A DNA stretch of 64,000 nt from Octopus sinensis (GCF_006345805.1 NC_043017.1:6820001-6884000); one strand, 5' to 3'. Positions 27,006 to 42,228 are shown, numbered from the stretch's first letter. Numbers and translations: made by a program. Notes: a model not told the origin generated them from the sequence alone.

Positions 27006-28602
27006 AAGATACCAGGACGCATGCAGACATATATGTCGGGCTTCTTTCAGTTTTGGTCGGCGCCTGAGGCTGTAGTAGTTAGGTCGAATAACTACTTTAG
27101 TGAGGCGATCCGTACGTCGCTACTCAACCTGCTAGAAACGGTAGCCAAATTTCTCTCATAACACTACTATCATAAATGATGAGAGGGCTTTAGTTGACTG
27201 ACTTCACGCTGAAGTTGAAATATGATGTAAAAGACTGGCAGAATTATTAGCGCGTCGAACAATATGCATCTGATCCTGTTCTTTACATTCTAGGTTCAAA
27301 TCCGGCCGAGATTAATATCGACTTTGCTGTTTACGGGATCGATAAACTAATAAACCTGTGCTTTAAGGCCCTCGTGCTTTCCGAAATCCGCCGAAACTAC
27401 ACCTGATTATATATACACTTTAGATGAGTTGTAGTGCACCTGAGCACTGTACACAATTATTATTATTATTATTATTATTCTCATCCAGGGTCCATAGGCC
27501 ATTCCGGGTTCATATTCAAATTGGTTATAAGTGGTTGTGTGACGTAAGATGCTTGTTTACCAATCGCATGATTCCGGGTTCAGTCCCACTGCGTGGCACT
27601 TTGGCCAAGTGTCTTCTACTACAGCCCCGGGCCGACCAAAGCCTTCTGAGTGAATTTAGTAGACGGAAACTGAAAGAAGCCTGTGTACATATAGTTTGTT
27701 TTGCCCCCAACCACTGCTTGACATCCGGTGTTGGTGTATTTATATCCTCGCAACTTATTCTATCGGAATCTTTTGCCGAACTGCTAAGTACCAGTACTTT
27801 TTTTTATTTTTAAGTTCTGGTGTCGATTCATTCGACTAAAAATTCAAGGCAGTGCCCCAGTATGGCCGCAATCAAATGATTGAAACAAGCTCAATGAGTT
27901 ATATAGATTCACTGTTTAATTAAGTGAAATTATTAGGAATTATATATTAAAAATACTCAATATTTTAATTTTTTTATCTTAGCAATTTAAAAAAAAAATG
28001 TAGTGGTCCCTCCACCATTCACGTCTTGGATGTTCCGTTTAGTCAAAGGTGGGAAAATCCAGATTGTGTCGATATCTGCTCGCGACTGCAAAAGCAGTTA
28101 AAATAATTGGCGAAAGCCAAGACGCATGTAAGCAAACTTATCTCGTCCACGGGTGACGGTTTGCTCTTAGAGGATATATTGAATTCCAGAGTTGTCTCCC
28201 TTGCTATATTCTCCCAAAATTGAAGGAGTTTTATTGAAAATATGATCCCGTCTTTCAACCGAAGAAAATGGAGGACACAATCTCGACAGTTTTTTTTTTA
28301 AGCCGTGCAGGCAGGCTGTGACTATGAAGCTCGCTTTGCAGCCACGTGTTTTGGGTTCGGTCCCACTGCACGGCACTTTGGGCAAGTTACTAATATTATA
28401 GGTAACGGGCTGAATAATGCCTTAGGCAAACTTGCATGTATATATATATACTTAGCGGTTCGGCAAAAGAGACCGATAGAATAAGTACTGGGCTTACAAA
28501 GAATAAGTCACGGGGTCGATTTGCTCGACTAAAGGCGGTGCTCCAGCATGGCCGCAGTCAGATGACTGAAACAAGTAAAAGAGTAAAAGAGTAAAGAGTA
28601 AA

Positions 28603-28666
<64 letters not shown>

Positions 28667-29256
28667 ATTAGTGTTTGCCCACTGCTTGTGGGTTTATATC
28701 CCCACAAGTTAGCAATTCAGCAAACAGTCGATCAAACCATCACCCCTGCCCGGTGCTATTTTTCTTATGTCTGTTCATTATATTCATTCCGTTTAAACCC
28801 TTCAAAGATGTGCCCCCAGCATGGCCACTGTCTAATGAGTTTACTAAGTAAAAGATTAAAGCGTTTTTTCTCTGTATTAACCCAATGTTATTTCCTACAA
28901 AATACACATTAATCAAATGAACAATGTCTTATAGGAAATGACAAAGTGTTAGCATCCGTTTATTTATTTCTTGTGACGGTCGAAGTTAAATCTTTGTAAA
29001 TCTTCCAACTACTTCCCCAGATATCTTTCTAACGAATTTGAATATTTAAATTGGACTTAAAGGAGAAAGAGTAGTGCTCTTGTCTCTTTTCAGTTTTTCT
29101 GAACGTATTGGCAGGGCCGTCGCTAAGCCCTTGCAAACCCTGCAGTCGCAGGAGGCTTCCGGCTTCCGCGGTTGAATGGGGGCTGCAAGTTAAGATCCAA
29201 GTACGTAGATGAGTCATCTATTTATTTTAATTCTTGTTCAACATCTTAACTAATTA

Positions 29257-29585
29257 CGGAGATGTACTTGCATAGCAAGTGATTTGATCTGAGATCGTGT
29301 GCTGAAACGAAAACAATTGCAGCGTGGAAGGTGTTTATAAGCGATTTAAGAAACACACAAAAGCCGTTCAATTCACTTCAACATTTAAGTTTAATTTGTC
29401 AAAATATTTTCGTCGCTTTAAGACCGCAACCTGTTCACTGACAAAAATCCGAGATGCAGCACGGATTTTTGTCAGTGAACAGGTCGCGGTCTTATAGCGA
29501 CCAAAATATTTTGACAAATTAAACTTAAATGTTGAAGTGAATCGAACGGCTTTTGTGTGTTTCTTAAATGGCTTACAAACATCTT
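29257..29585. mobile_element. Foldback / inverted-repeat element
   Basis: Arms of about 120 bp (about 29330-29451 and 29462-29585) around a spacer of about 10 nt. Confidence 0.85.
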
Positions 29586-30506
29586 AACCAATGTTAACTG
29601 AATATTTCAAGAAATAAAATGGTAATACTTTGTACCTGCAAAAGTTCTTGTATGAATATTACATTGTACTACGAACGTGTACCAGACTTTGTGGATTGCC
29701 TGTATTTATTAAACACAAACTTATCCCTCAGCTTGATTATTCTGAACCGATCGATGATTTCGCGAAGCTAAAAGTGTTATATCTACAAAAACTGGCACTT
29801 CGTCTGCCTCGACGAGTGTTCCAGTTGCTCCGATGATCAACGAAACAGCCCGCTCGTAAAATTAACGTGAACGTGGTTGAGCACTCCACAGACGCGCGTA
29901 TCTCAACGTAGTACACAGGAAGATTTGGCTTAACAACATTCAGCCTTGCTCGTCTTACCAGGATGTTATGGTTGTGATTGGTACGAAGTTCGATAAGACA
30001 AAACTTATGGCTTCAATTCAACCGTTACACTTGCAACCGAGTGGACTCTTCTAAAGGTACCAGAGGACCCGATGATGATGGCGTTGAATTAACATTGTTT
30101 GCCACACAAGAATGGAACCTCTAATAAGCTTCCACCAAGTTTTTCTATCAAATTTCAGTTGGTAAAAACACACTTCCAAAGCATCTCGCTATAGGATCGT
30201 TCAGGGATCATATAGGGACGAGAGCGAACTTCTTAACCAGTCATGCCGTATTTTTCCGACATAGGAGTCGATGCGATAAGTAGTATAAGCATTCAAACAA
30301 CGCCGCTATCTATCCAAATCCTGTTGCATTTCGCATGAAATTTTTGCTCCTCTAAAATCGTCTTTGTTTGTAAGTCAACCGTCCTTTCTTAAAGCTGTAA
30401 GTTGTCTGAAAAATTCAGCTTAAATACCGGAAAATATTCCACTTACATTTACGGTAGAATTTATGGAAAAAATACAAAGCACGGTGTGCAAACAGACAGC
30501 CAACAG

Positions 30507-30512
30507 TTTATT
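30507..30512 (-). terminator. Candidate polyadenylation signal (AATAAA) of the NOX4-like gene
   Basis: AATAAA on the minus strand about 450 nt past the stop, at the end of repeat-free AT-rich 3'UTR-like sequence. Confidence 0.5.
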
Positions 30513-30963
30513 TCGATTTAAACAAATAATACAAATAAATGTACATTGAACGTTGTTGTACATAACCATATTTGGTCAACAAATATTCTTTATATTTTTC
30601 TTTCTTGCTTTCCCGTCCAAGAACAACACAAGGTTTCAATTTTAACAAAGATTTCACAAAGAAAAAATACGTAAAATGATATAGAATTAAATAAGGGGTT
30701 GAATTCTCGGATACAATATTTTATGTGAAGGTAGAATCTCTACAATTTCTTTGAAAAGACCAGGAAATATAACTGTGAAGAGATTCTCATCTCAAACTTT
30801 CGTCTTCGGTGGTGATCCATCTAAGGAGAAATGTTTCTGGTGATGAAAGTGGATGACGAATTGACGACTTGAACAAACAAGATGGTCAAAATACGTTAGG
30901 TTTACTGAAATCTTGTCGTCCAAGAAGATTTTGTTTCAGATAAGGTGAGTTAGTTTTTTTTAA

Positions 30964-31081
30964 TCAAAATATTTCTTCGTGGAAATCAAATGTGGTTTTG
31001 TTGGAATACTTCCGCCAGCATTGCTTTTTCACGTTTTTTGTCAATTGTTTAGGTCCACATGCAAAAACACCCACTCGATGC
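30964..31081 (-). CDS. NOX4: NOX4-like terminal coding exon (ex18): HRVGVFACGPKQLTKNVKKQCWRKYSNKTTFDFHEEIF*
   Basis: TTTGCAG| acceptor; VFACGP motif; TGA at 30964-30966. Confidence 0.94.
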
Positions 31082-33836
31082 CTGCAAATACCAAAAATAT
31101 ATACATTTATTAAATAGCACGTAAATATTGGGTTAAAACTTCTGTTTTAGACAGAAAAGGTCGACGGCTCTCCGTTCAAAAAAGCAGTTTTAGTCTAATA
31201 TCATTTGTAGCTTTATCTACAATTAAAAATGTAGGTCGTTCGGCTGAACCTGACCACTCATACGTCGACTTCGACGGGAGAGTCCATCAGATACATTGTT
31301 ATTTTCCCATGTTTCAACCATCGGATAGCGGCCATGCTGGAACACTAACTTTCCAGAGTGTTAGGCGTTTAACCATTCGATAGAGTACAATGAAAAATAT
31401 CAAGCTGAACACTGTCGATTCAAGAGAAATGACTGAATTTACTTTCGGGGAACAGTAAAGGGACGTAACTCGATCTCACTTCAAATACCTATTTCTTTAC
31501 TACCCACAAGGGGCTAAACACAGAGGGGACAAACAAGGACAGACAAAGGGATTAAGTCGATTACATCGACTCCAGTGCGTAGCTGGTACTTAATTTATCG
31601 ACCCCGAAAGGATGAAAGGTAAAGTCGACCTCGGCGGAATTTCAAATACCAATATATTTCAAACGCACCAATTTACAGCGATATACGCGCATGCGCACGG
31701 ATGGGTGCGGTTAGTATGACCGAATGGTTAAGTTTACTTTGCAATGACGAGGTGCAGTGTTCGAGCCCATTGCGGGTCATCTTTGGTGTCTTTTACGATA
31801 GCCTTGGGTCAACACCACAATGTTGACGAGACAGAAGCTATGTAGAAGCCTGTCAGATAGATTGTATCAGTAATTTAATGGGGGCCACCCTTTTCACAAA
31901 GCCAGGCTAATTCTGTCGGAGACTCTCGAACGTGCGTAGCTTAGTGGTTAGGGTATTCGGTTCACGATAGCAAGTTCGTGAGTTCGATACCCAGCGACAC
32001 AGTTTATTTCACGTTGCTCCAGTCCAGTCCACTCAGTTGGCACAAACGAGTAGTACCCGTATTCCAAAAAGGGCCAGGAATCTCCCTGTGAATTACATTA
32101 AGGGTGCACATGTCTGTGGAGTACTCAGCCACTTGCACGTTAATTTCACGAGCAGGCTGTCGCCTCGATCGGATCAATTGGCACACTCACTGTCGTAACC
32201 GACGGAGTGTCAAGAGGATGCGATTCGGCTCATGGTCGTAAAGTCGTGGGTTCGATTCCCAGCAGCGGGTTGTGTCCTTGAGCAAAATATTTTGTTTTCA
32301 CGTTGCTCCAATCCAGTCACCAGGTAAAAAAAAAAAGTTGGACCTTTAATTCAAAGGGTCAGTCTTGTCATACCCGGTGTCACGTTGAATATCCCTGAGA
32401 GCTACATTAAGGGTACACGTATCTGTTGAGTGCTCGGCCGCTTGAACGTTAATTCCACGAGCAAGGTGTTCCGTTGATCGGATCAACTAAAGGACTCGTA
32501 CCTGACGAAGAGCCAGGTCTGAGAATTACACTAAGGAGTTCACGTGTCTGGTACACTCAGCCATTGACACGGTAATTCTGTGAATCTGGTTGTTCAGTTG
32601 ATCAAGCAACTGAAAACTCAAAAATAGGGACCATACTTTATCATCATCACCATCTTTTTAACGTCCACTTTTCCATGCTTGCATGGGTCCAAACATTTAG
32701 AAATTGTATCGAAGCTCTTCGTGTATGTTTTCACCTTTCAAACATCAACCCCCTATACTCAACCCCTGAGACTATTACAGAAGACGCTTATCCAGCATGC
32801 AGAGTGGTGGGATCGAACAGGGATTATACGTGGTTGTGAAACTACTTCATAGACATACCACTATGAAACATTAGAATGGAAAAGTTACCTTTCGAACCAC
32901 TTTGGTCACGGGTTTTGCTCTATCAGGGTTGAGCTTGAGGTAACAACACATTTCATTGGAGAGGCATGAATGTCTCTTCTTCCCATATAACACCACCTCG
33001 ACAGGGTTGACAGCCTGATAAAAATACGGGTTCAGGCATGTCTGTGAGGTTAAAAAATTCGCTTCACAATTACGTGGGTTTGTGTTCAATTCCAATATGC
33101 GGCGCCTTGTTCAAATGCGTTATGCTTTAGCTTTGGACCCCGCCAAGCTTTGTCAGTGAAATTTAACAGACTAAAACGGTGTAGGACCCAAATGAAAGGG
33201 CCCATTGCTGTTGATTTTCTAGACCCAAATGAAAGATCCTATTGCTGTTGCTTTTCTAGACCCAAATGAAAGGGCCCATTGTTGTTGCTTTTCTAGACCC
33301 AAATGAAAAGGCCTATTGCTGTTGCTTTTCTAGACCCAAATGAAAGGGCCCATTGCTGTTGCTTTTCTAGGGTAGACTTAAGAGCGTTACCTTGTTTAAT
33401 ACTACCGCCTGATACCTTTAGCAGAGTTCACTCGGTTGTAATTAATCATTCTATGTCTCTGGACTGAAGATGTTCTTGTCTCCCACCAGCCATGGAGTCC
33501 CTCAACAGAATCAAGTTTACTGCTCCCCTCTGACCGATTTAGAATCATCCAACTATTTGTACCGTTGACCTTAGTCTTTAATGGATGGAACACCAAAACC
33601 ACTTACGTGGAATGTGACGCTACAATTTCATTAAACAGTTCTTTCCAATCTGGTCTTCCATATGTGAGCCGCTTTCTTACATACTCTCGGTACGAAACTG
33701 GTAAATCCTAAAATGAGATGAATAAAAAACGCTGAAGCTATGGAACAAGTGAAGCGTAACAAAACTTTCTCAGGGTGTAAAATTAGCAGCAAGATCAACA
33801 GAAACTGTTGATTGCCTCTCTCAATAAATAGTGATT

Positions 33837-33878
<42 letters not shown>

Positions 33879-34345
33879 TCTCTCTCTCTCCTCTCTCCCT
33901 CTCTCTCTCCCTCTCTCTCTCCTTTTTTCCACTCTCTTTCTCCTCTCCTTTCTCCTCTCTCTATCTCCCTCCCTCTCTCTCTCTCCTTTTTTCCACTCTC
34001 TTTCTCTTCTCCTTTCTCCTCTCTCTCTCTTTTCCCTCTCTTTACCGCTCTCCTTTCTCCTCTCTCTCTTTTTTCTCTCTTTTCCGCTCTCCTATCTCTC
34101 TGCTCTCTCTCTCTCTCTCTCTGGAATCAATTGAGCTACGCTACAGGAATGATCGCAAAGGACCACTCACAACATCCCTAATTCTAGGGATAGCGAAAGT
34201 TTAAGCAAAGATCAAAAGCAATTTTCTCCCAAAGAGAGCCTCGTGCGATATTGGAATCAATTATGGACGGATCAATGGACGAAAGAGCAGCAAGGATCGG
34301 AAATAAGGGAGAGCAACAAGATTGGTTGCTGGAATTCGCAGAATA

Positions 34346-34442
<97 letters not shown>

Positions 34443-34641
34443 GGAAATGTGTGTGTTTGTGTGTGTGTGTATGTGTGTGTGTGTGTATGTGTGTGTGTAT
34501 GTGTGTGTGTGTATGTGTGTGTGTGTGTGTATGTGTGTGTATGTGTGTGTGTATGTGTGTGTGTATGTATGTGTGTGTATGTGTGTGTGTTTGTTTGTTT
34601 GTTTGTGTGTGTGTGTGTGTTTGTTTGTGTGTGTATGTGTT

Positions 34642-34677
<36 letters not shown>

Positions 34678-34757
34678 TGTATGTGTGTGTGTGTATATGT
34701 GTGTGTATATATGTGTGTGTGTGTATGTGTATGTATGTGTGTGTGTATGTGTTTGTT

Positions 34758-34796
<39 letters not shown>

Positions 34797-35455
34797 ACAT
34801 ATATGTATGGTTACATACTTACATCGCATAAATTCTTGCTTATTTCAGTGAAATGGAATCGTACGTCAAAGATATCAGGAAGATTAGATTCCCAAAGCTG
34901 CAAAGAATATAAGAACAGGATTTAGGATTAATTCCAATGCTTTCCTCGTAATTCTTCTGATTACTTGCAACAATTTACGCCTCTCACTTGCAATGCCGCC
35001 TTTCATATCCTCATAGATTTATCCTTTCACTGGTTTCAGTCATTAGACTGCGACCATGTTGGGGCACTACCTTGAGATTTTAGTCGAACGAATCGGAACC
35101 AGTGCTTTTATGTTCTTTTAAAGCCTTACTCATTCTATCTTTTGTCGAACCGCTAGGTTACGATGACGTAAACAAAACACCGCTTGTTAAACGGTGGTGG
35201 GATACTATTACACATACACACACACATATATATATAACGACGGGCTTCTTACAGTTTCCGTCTACCAAATCCACTCACAAGGCACTAGTCAGCCCGAGGA
35301 TTTAGTAGAAAACGCTGATACTTTATATAATCAACTCCAAAAGGATGAAAGGCAAAGTCGATCTCGGCTGAATTTGAATTCAGAACGTAAAGCCGGAAGA
35401 AATGCCGCTAAGAGCACTGTCCGGCGTGCTAAAGATTCTGCCAGCTCACCACCTA

Positions 35456-35506
<51 letters not shown>

Positions 35507-36598
35507 TTTGTGGGGAGAGGATGAGTCGATAACATCAATCCCGGTACTTCATTTGTACTTCCTTTTTATCGACCCCGAAAAGATAAAAGGCAAAGCCGAC
35601 CCCGCTAGTATTTGAACTCAGAACGTAAAGATGGGCGAAATGCCGCCAAGCGCTTCGTCCGGTGTATCTAACGATTCTACCACCTCGCCATCAACATTAA
35701 TATTGGTTTCAAATTTTAACAGAAAGCCAGCAATAAGTACCAGTTGAGTACTGGGGTCGATATCATCGACCTACCCCCCCCCGGAAGTTGCTGACCTTGG
35801 ACCAAAATTTAAAACCATTATTATTATTTGGGGAATTTTAGCTTTTTTTAAACTTTTTTGGTTTTTTTTATTGTTTACACTTTTCTGTTTTAAACCCCAC
35901 TTGTCCCTTGTTTTGTATTGTCCCTATCTGTTTTTATGTTCGGCCTTGTGGCCAATAAAGGATTATCATTAAGGTGGCGAGCGGCCGGAATCGTTAGCAC
36001 GCCGGACGAAATGCTTAGCGATATTTCGTCTGTCACTACGTTCTGAGTTCATATTCCGCCGACATCGACTTTGCCTTTCATCCTTTCGGGGTCGATAAAT
36101 TAAGTACCAGTGTTTCACTGGGGTCGATGTCCTCCTCCCACAAAAGTTCAGGTCTTATGCCTTTAGTAGAAAGGATTATTATTCCTGTGTTTAAGACGGT
36201 GAACTTGCAGAAACGTCCGCACGCCGGACGAAATGCTTTGCGATGTTTCATCCGTCGCTACTGTTCTGAGTTCAAATTTCGCCGAGGTCAGCTTTGCCTT
36301 TCATCCTTTCGGGATCGATGAAATAAGTACCAATCAAGCCCAGGGGTCGATGTAATCGATTTGCACCCTTCCCCGAAATTGCTGGCCTTGTGCCAAAATT
36401 TGAAGCTATGTTTGTTTTGATGTTAAGATTTTAAAAATCCACCTTGTTTGTAAAAAAAAAATGTTGGACATAGGCGCAGGAGTGGCTGTGTGGTTAGAAG
36501 CTCGCTTACCAACCACATGGTTCCGGGTTCAGTCCCACTCGGGCCGACCAAAGCCTTGTGAGTGGATTTGATAGACGGAAACTGAAAGAAGCCCGTCG

Positions 36599-36644
<46 letters not shown>

Positions 36645-39509
36645 TCCCCCCAACATCGCTTGACAACCGATGCTGGTGTGTTTACGTCCCCGTAACTTAG
36701 CGGTTCGGCAAGAAAGACTGATAGAATAAGTACAAGGCTTACAAAGAATAAGTCCTGTGGTCGATTTGCTCGACTAAAAGTGGTGCTCCAGCATGGCCGC
36801 AGTCAAATGACTGAAACAAGGACAGACAGAAAGCGCATGGGTTTGCACCCTATAAGCAAATCTTGTTCCCGAATTTATGGAATTAAGCGGCTCAAGACCG
36901 TTCATGAGAGGACAGACGACGAAGTTTCGAAGCTAGAAATAGCTGACCATAAAACTGGGGCAAAGGTTTTAATTGATGTGGGATTTGAATGGATTTGAAC
37001 TCGGAACACATATACTCACCTCTTCATGTAAAGAATGGATCAATTCTCCAAACCACCGGATATTCTGTATATTCTTATTAATCCATATCAAATAGATTCG
37101 TCGGAATTTCCATTGTTGTTTTTTATTTGTCCTAACAAAAAGATTTAAATAAAGCGGAGTTAATCCTCTCGTTACCATATCTATGTTAAAGTGGACGGCT
37201 TTTGTTTTAATTAATTTTGAAGATAATGAAGAGTTTAGTATAATAACTTCGTCGTTATTGAGCTGCTGTCAGGAATACAAATTAACATAAAATTTTGATG
37301 GAATTTTAATTGAGATCACTTTAACCCTCTCGTTACCATATTTCTGTTTGCATACACAACCTCTGCTTCAATTCGAAAATAATGAACCTTTTTGTTACCA
37401 TGTCTGTATTGGAATGCGCTTCCATCGTTTCTTTTATTTATAAGAATAATGGAGAATTTAGTAAAACAAGTTTGTCGTTATTAAGCTGGTCTCTAGGATG
37501 TAAATTGACACGAAATTTTGATGGAATTTTAATTTAGATAACTTTAACACTTTTGTTACCATATCGAATTCACTGCCTTTGTCTCGATTAATTTTTGAAA
37601 ATAACGAAAAATATAGTAAAATAACTTCGTCTTTATTGAGCTGATATTAACATAATATAAATACGTTGTTCAAAGACGATTTACTGTGACATTCGGTCCA
37701 GAGAGGGCATCTGTTATGGATGTGCTGAGTTTAAAAATACCATATATATATCGGAGGCAGCCGAAAAATCGTCGCAGTAGCGACAAACGATAAAAGCTTC
37801 TGACGGCTCTGATATGCATCTGGCTAACATATTTGAGACCAAACACCGCGTTCTTTCTCTCCTCTCTCCCTCCCTCACTATCTCTCCCCTTCACTTCACT
37901 ATCTCTCTCCCTCTTTCTCGCCTTCTCTCATTCTTTCTCTTTCCCTCTTTCAAACTCACTCTCCTCACATTTTTGCCTCTTATATTCTCAGAAAAAGAAC
38001 CGACGCATCAGATAGTTTACTCCTCACAAATTCTCCGGTGATAGTTAATTGTACTGGCCCTAAAAAAGGCACTGCTATATTGGTCACAGAAAAAAAAACT
38101 ACCACCGACCAATTCTTATTCCAAACGGATCGGACAACTAAAAGAAAAGACATTAAGTTCTGTAAACTAGCCAACGAACTCACATTTCAAAACCAAATCA
38201 ACAAATACTTTAAATGGAAAACCTGATTTGCACTATTCTCATGGCCTTCCATTACAACTAAACAATGGGATGTATACCAGGATGAGAAGCTATATATACC
38301 TGAAAGCGTCCAGAAACGAAGCGAACGGTGTAATTCCAATGCCTCCAGCAATACACAAAAGCAGACGATAAGTGCTCATGTCTTCCATCGGACTGCTAAA
38401 AGGACCATCGAGGTTCACCTTGACTTTTTGCGTTCTGCAAAATAGAAATGAATGAATAAAAGATTACATATAACATCAGACACACGCTGTGTAGAAATAT
38501 CCAGGGTAGGCAATAGGTATTAATGAAATAAATTATCAGCGAAAGGCCTTGTCGCTATGAGTATAAGACTTGCTTGACACAATGTCCAAAACTTCCTTAA
38601 ATTGCATCCTGCTGTCTCTTGAGAAGAGGACACATTAGATAATGTAGTCCTAGATATACTAAACTATATACTATAGCTCAAGAAAAAAAGAAGACGGATT
38701 GTACCAGTTGCGTACTGGGTCGATCTAGTCGACTGGCCCGCTCCCCCAAAATTTCGGGCCTTGTGCCTAGAATAGAAAAGAAAGAGCAACCAATTTTCCT
38801 TTAAATCATACCATACCGTCGTTTAAAAATGTGAGTGTATTTAGGAGAGCGTCATCCATTATGTAATGTCACAATAAAACAGTTCTAAGCAGTTGTCTTT
38901 CTCCTGCTAGCACATCCCATCCTCCCCGTGCACCCACGTTTTATTTGTAAGGTGGAGATACAAAAGACATACCTGGCAATGTTGTCTGCTTCTTCATTAA
39001 TGTAATGGCTTTCTTCTTGGCAATCCTCAATCAACTTACGCAGACGACCTAAAATCACAAGGTTTATATTCTCTGGAGTGTTTAGGGTTTTAGGCAAATG
39101 AAATTTTTAAACGGGAATGCAAATATCCCAATTCGTGATAATCAAAGTTAAAGAGAACCATCACCACCACCACCACCGAGTATGAGACGTTTCGGTAAAG
39201 CCGTTGTGGCACCATATATTTGGCGTCGTTGATTCGACGCTGACTTGTTTGACATTAACCGTTTTAATGTTTCTTTTCTCCCTCTCTCTCTCTCGTCTCT
39301 CCCCTTCTCTCTCTGCGTATTTATGTACATGAGAAGATGGAAAGTGCTTATGACAATTATTTTCAATTAATAAATTATGTCTGTATCTTTCTCGCTTTAT
39401 TTCTCTCTCATTCTATTTCTCCCTCTCTCTCACTATTTCTCTATATATTTCTCTCTCTGTATCTATCTGTCTCTCTATATCTATCTATCTTTCTCTCTCT
39501 CTCTTTGTA

Positions 39510-39580
<71 letters not shown>

Positions 39581-39641
39581 CCTATCTATCTATGTCTATC
39601 TCCGTTTATGTATGTGTGATCATATTTCAGGAAAAATAGAG

Positions 39642-39675
<34 letters not shown>

Positions 39676-40742
39676 TATATATATATTATTATTATTATTA
39701 TTATTATTAGTTAGCAGAACAGAGTGACTCAAGGGCCGAGAGTTTCGTGTATTGATAAGTGCCAAAGCACGAAACTTTCGGATCTTGAGTTACTGTTGCT
39801 TCTGCTAAATATCAGTTATAATCTAGATTTTTCCTTTTTTTGCCAAAGGAGATCCTAACAAACATTCATTCAGTTTGTAAGCAGAACAATGAAAATATGC
39901 AAAACTTTCTGAAATTTCATCATGTATTTATTTACTTTCCGCAGAAGGCATCCAATTCAGTCACTTCTCAGCACTACGTGATCAACCGGCGTTGAGCTAT
40001 CATGCTGAGGTACCTGCTTACACCTAGGTGGAGTGTACCTCACTAGTTCTCTGTGGTACCTACTTAAAGCTAGGTGGATATGTCCCGCTGTGATTCCTGC
40101 AGCTTGGTGGACTGTACCCCATTGACTCACTGTGGTACCTTACTTATTGTTAGGCCGATGGACACGTCACTGTGGCACAGATAGGAAGTTGTACCACGCT
40201 TTGGTAAACCAGTGTACCTTATTAAAGAACCGTACCTACTAACAGCCTTCGATTCCTATTCGGAATTGGTGTTGAGATACAGATTTACGACCCGGTTACT
40301 ACAACGCACGACCAGTAACAAAATATAATTCAGTGAGCCAAGGACTCATATTCTGCTAGAAACAGCAGCCAAATTTCCCTTATATCCTGTTATATCCAAT
40401 TCCATCGTCTTAAAGAAAAATGCATTGCAAAATTTAGTCCCCGAGATGCAAAAATTATACGATGGTCATATTTAGAACGCCTTTGATGATGCATCTGCTC
40501 AATTTCGGGTTTACAACAACAATCAACCAGCTACCCCTACTCTTAGTGTGTACCCTAATTTTGGTTGACTGATGGTTGTGCTTTTAGTGTAGCAACTTGT
40601 GACTACGAACGTATGTTTTGTGCGTAATAGTTACCAAATCACCTGACCAGTCGCCGCGGGATCGAATGTGGACTGTGAAGGCTGACCCTTTCTTCGGACA
40701 CTGAAATATTAAGAAAAAGAAAAAACAGTGATAGACACTTAA

Positions 40743-40773
<31 letters not shown>

Positions 40774-40819
40774 CTTTTCTACGAAAGGCACAAGGCCTGA
40801 AATTAACTGTTCAGCTATA

Positions 40820-40869
<50 letters not shown>

Positions 40870-42187
40870 GTGTGTGTGTGTTGTGTGTGTGTGTGTGTGC
40901 GATAGGTAAATTGTCGCCATTTTATAAATTTTAATTTCGCGCATACGCTTTGTTTGTTTTTGATCTTGTCAACTACATAGTATAGTAGGATCAGTTGGGC
41001 ACCCTCTGTGAGAAAAACAGTACCATGACGCAATTAACTCTGCCAGAAATTTAGAAACGACATGCTGTACCGCTTGGCATTCGCGCCGGAAGCTCCAATA
41101 CTAACATTTCAGAGTGTTTGGGTGTCAATAAGTATATATACACGAATGAGGAGACAAACAAACGAAAAAAGCACTCAACTAAGAGTTATATATATATCAT
41201 TCGTTAAAAGAGCAGTATGGTTCTTATGCATCTTACGATTCTGTCGCCTGCGCCTGACGAGCTAGGTTCCTGTGACGAGCCTACCAATCTTTAAATTGCA
41301 TGGGCCCGAACCAAAAATATATAAATTAATTGTAATTTTTTTCTCAAATTTTTTGTATTTGTTGTTTGAAGTATAACTATAACCCCATACTAAAAGCCTT
41401 CCTCTCATATCCATTTTTTTTTTTTTTTGTAAAAATTACAATTAATAAATTATTGAAGTATTTTAAGATGAGGAATTATATTAATATACATAAAAGGTGA
41501 TTGAAAAATATTTGTTTTCATACCAAGTTCTTCATAACCACAATTTAATATTAAACAGAAGATACTTTTCGAAGGCGACCAAGACGAAACTTCGAGGTCA
41601 CTCTTTTACTCTTTTACTTGTTTCAGTCATTTGACTGCGGCCATACTGGAGCACCGCCTTTAGTCGAGCAAATCGACCCCGGGACTTATTCTTTGTAAGC
41701 CCAGTACTTATTCTATCGGTCTCTTTTTGCCGAACCGCTAAGTGACGGGGACGTAAACACACCAGCATCGGTTGTCAAGCAATGCTAGGGGGACAAACAC
41801 AGACACACAAACACACACACACATACACATATATACATATATACGACAGGCTTCTTTCAGTTTCTGTCTAACAAATCCACTCACAAGGCATTGGTCGGCC
41901 CGGGGCTATAGCAGAAGACACTTGCCCAAGATGCCACGCAGTGGGACTGAACCCGGAACCATGTGGTTGGTCAGCAAGCTACTTACCACACAGCCACTTC
42001 AGTCATTTGACTGCGATCATGAAGTATCGCCTTTAGTCGAAGAAATCGACCCCTGGACTTATTCTTTGTAAGCCTGGCACTTATTCTATCGGTCTCTTTT
42101 GCTGAACCGCTAAGTTGCAGGGACGTAAACACACCAACATCGGTTATCATGCGATGGAGCGTGGAACAGACACACACATATAAATAT

Positions 42188-42228
<41 letters not shown>

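Noticed and set aside
30930-30952. TTTCAG-ATAAG-GTGAGT, resembling a + strand donor or 5-nt micro-exon
   Set aside because: It lies on the antisense strand of the NOX4 3'UTR, about 15 nt from the stop, with no supporting open frame.
33185-33369. 37-bp repeats as a CRISPR array
   Set aside because: No spacers, no cas genes, and a eukaryotic intron context.
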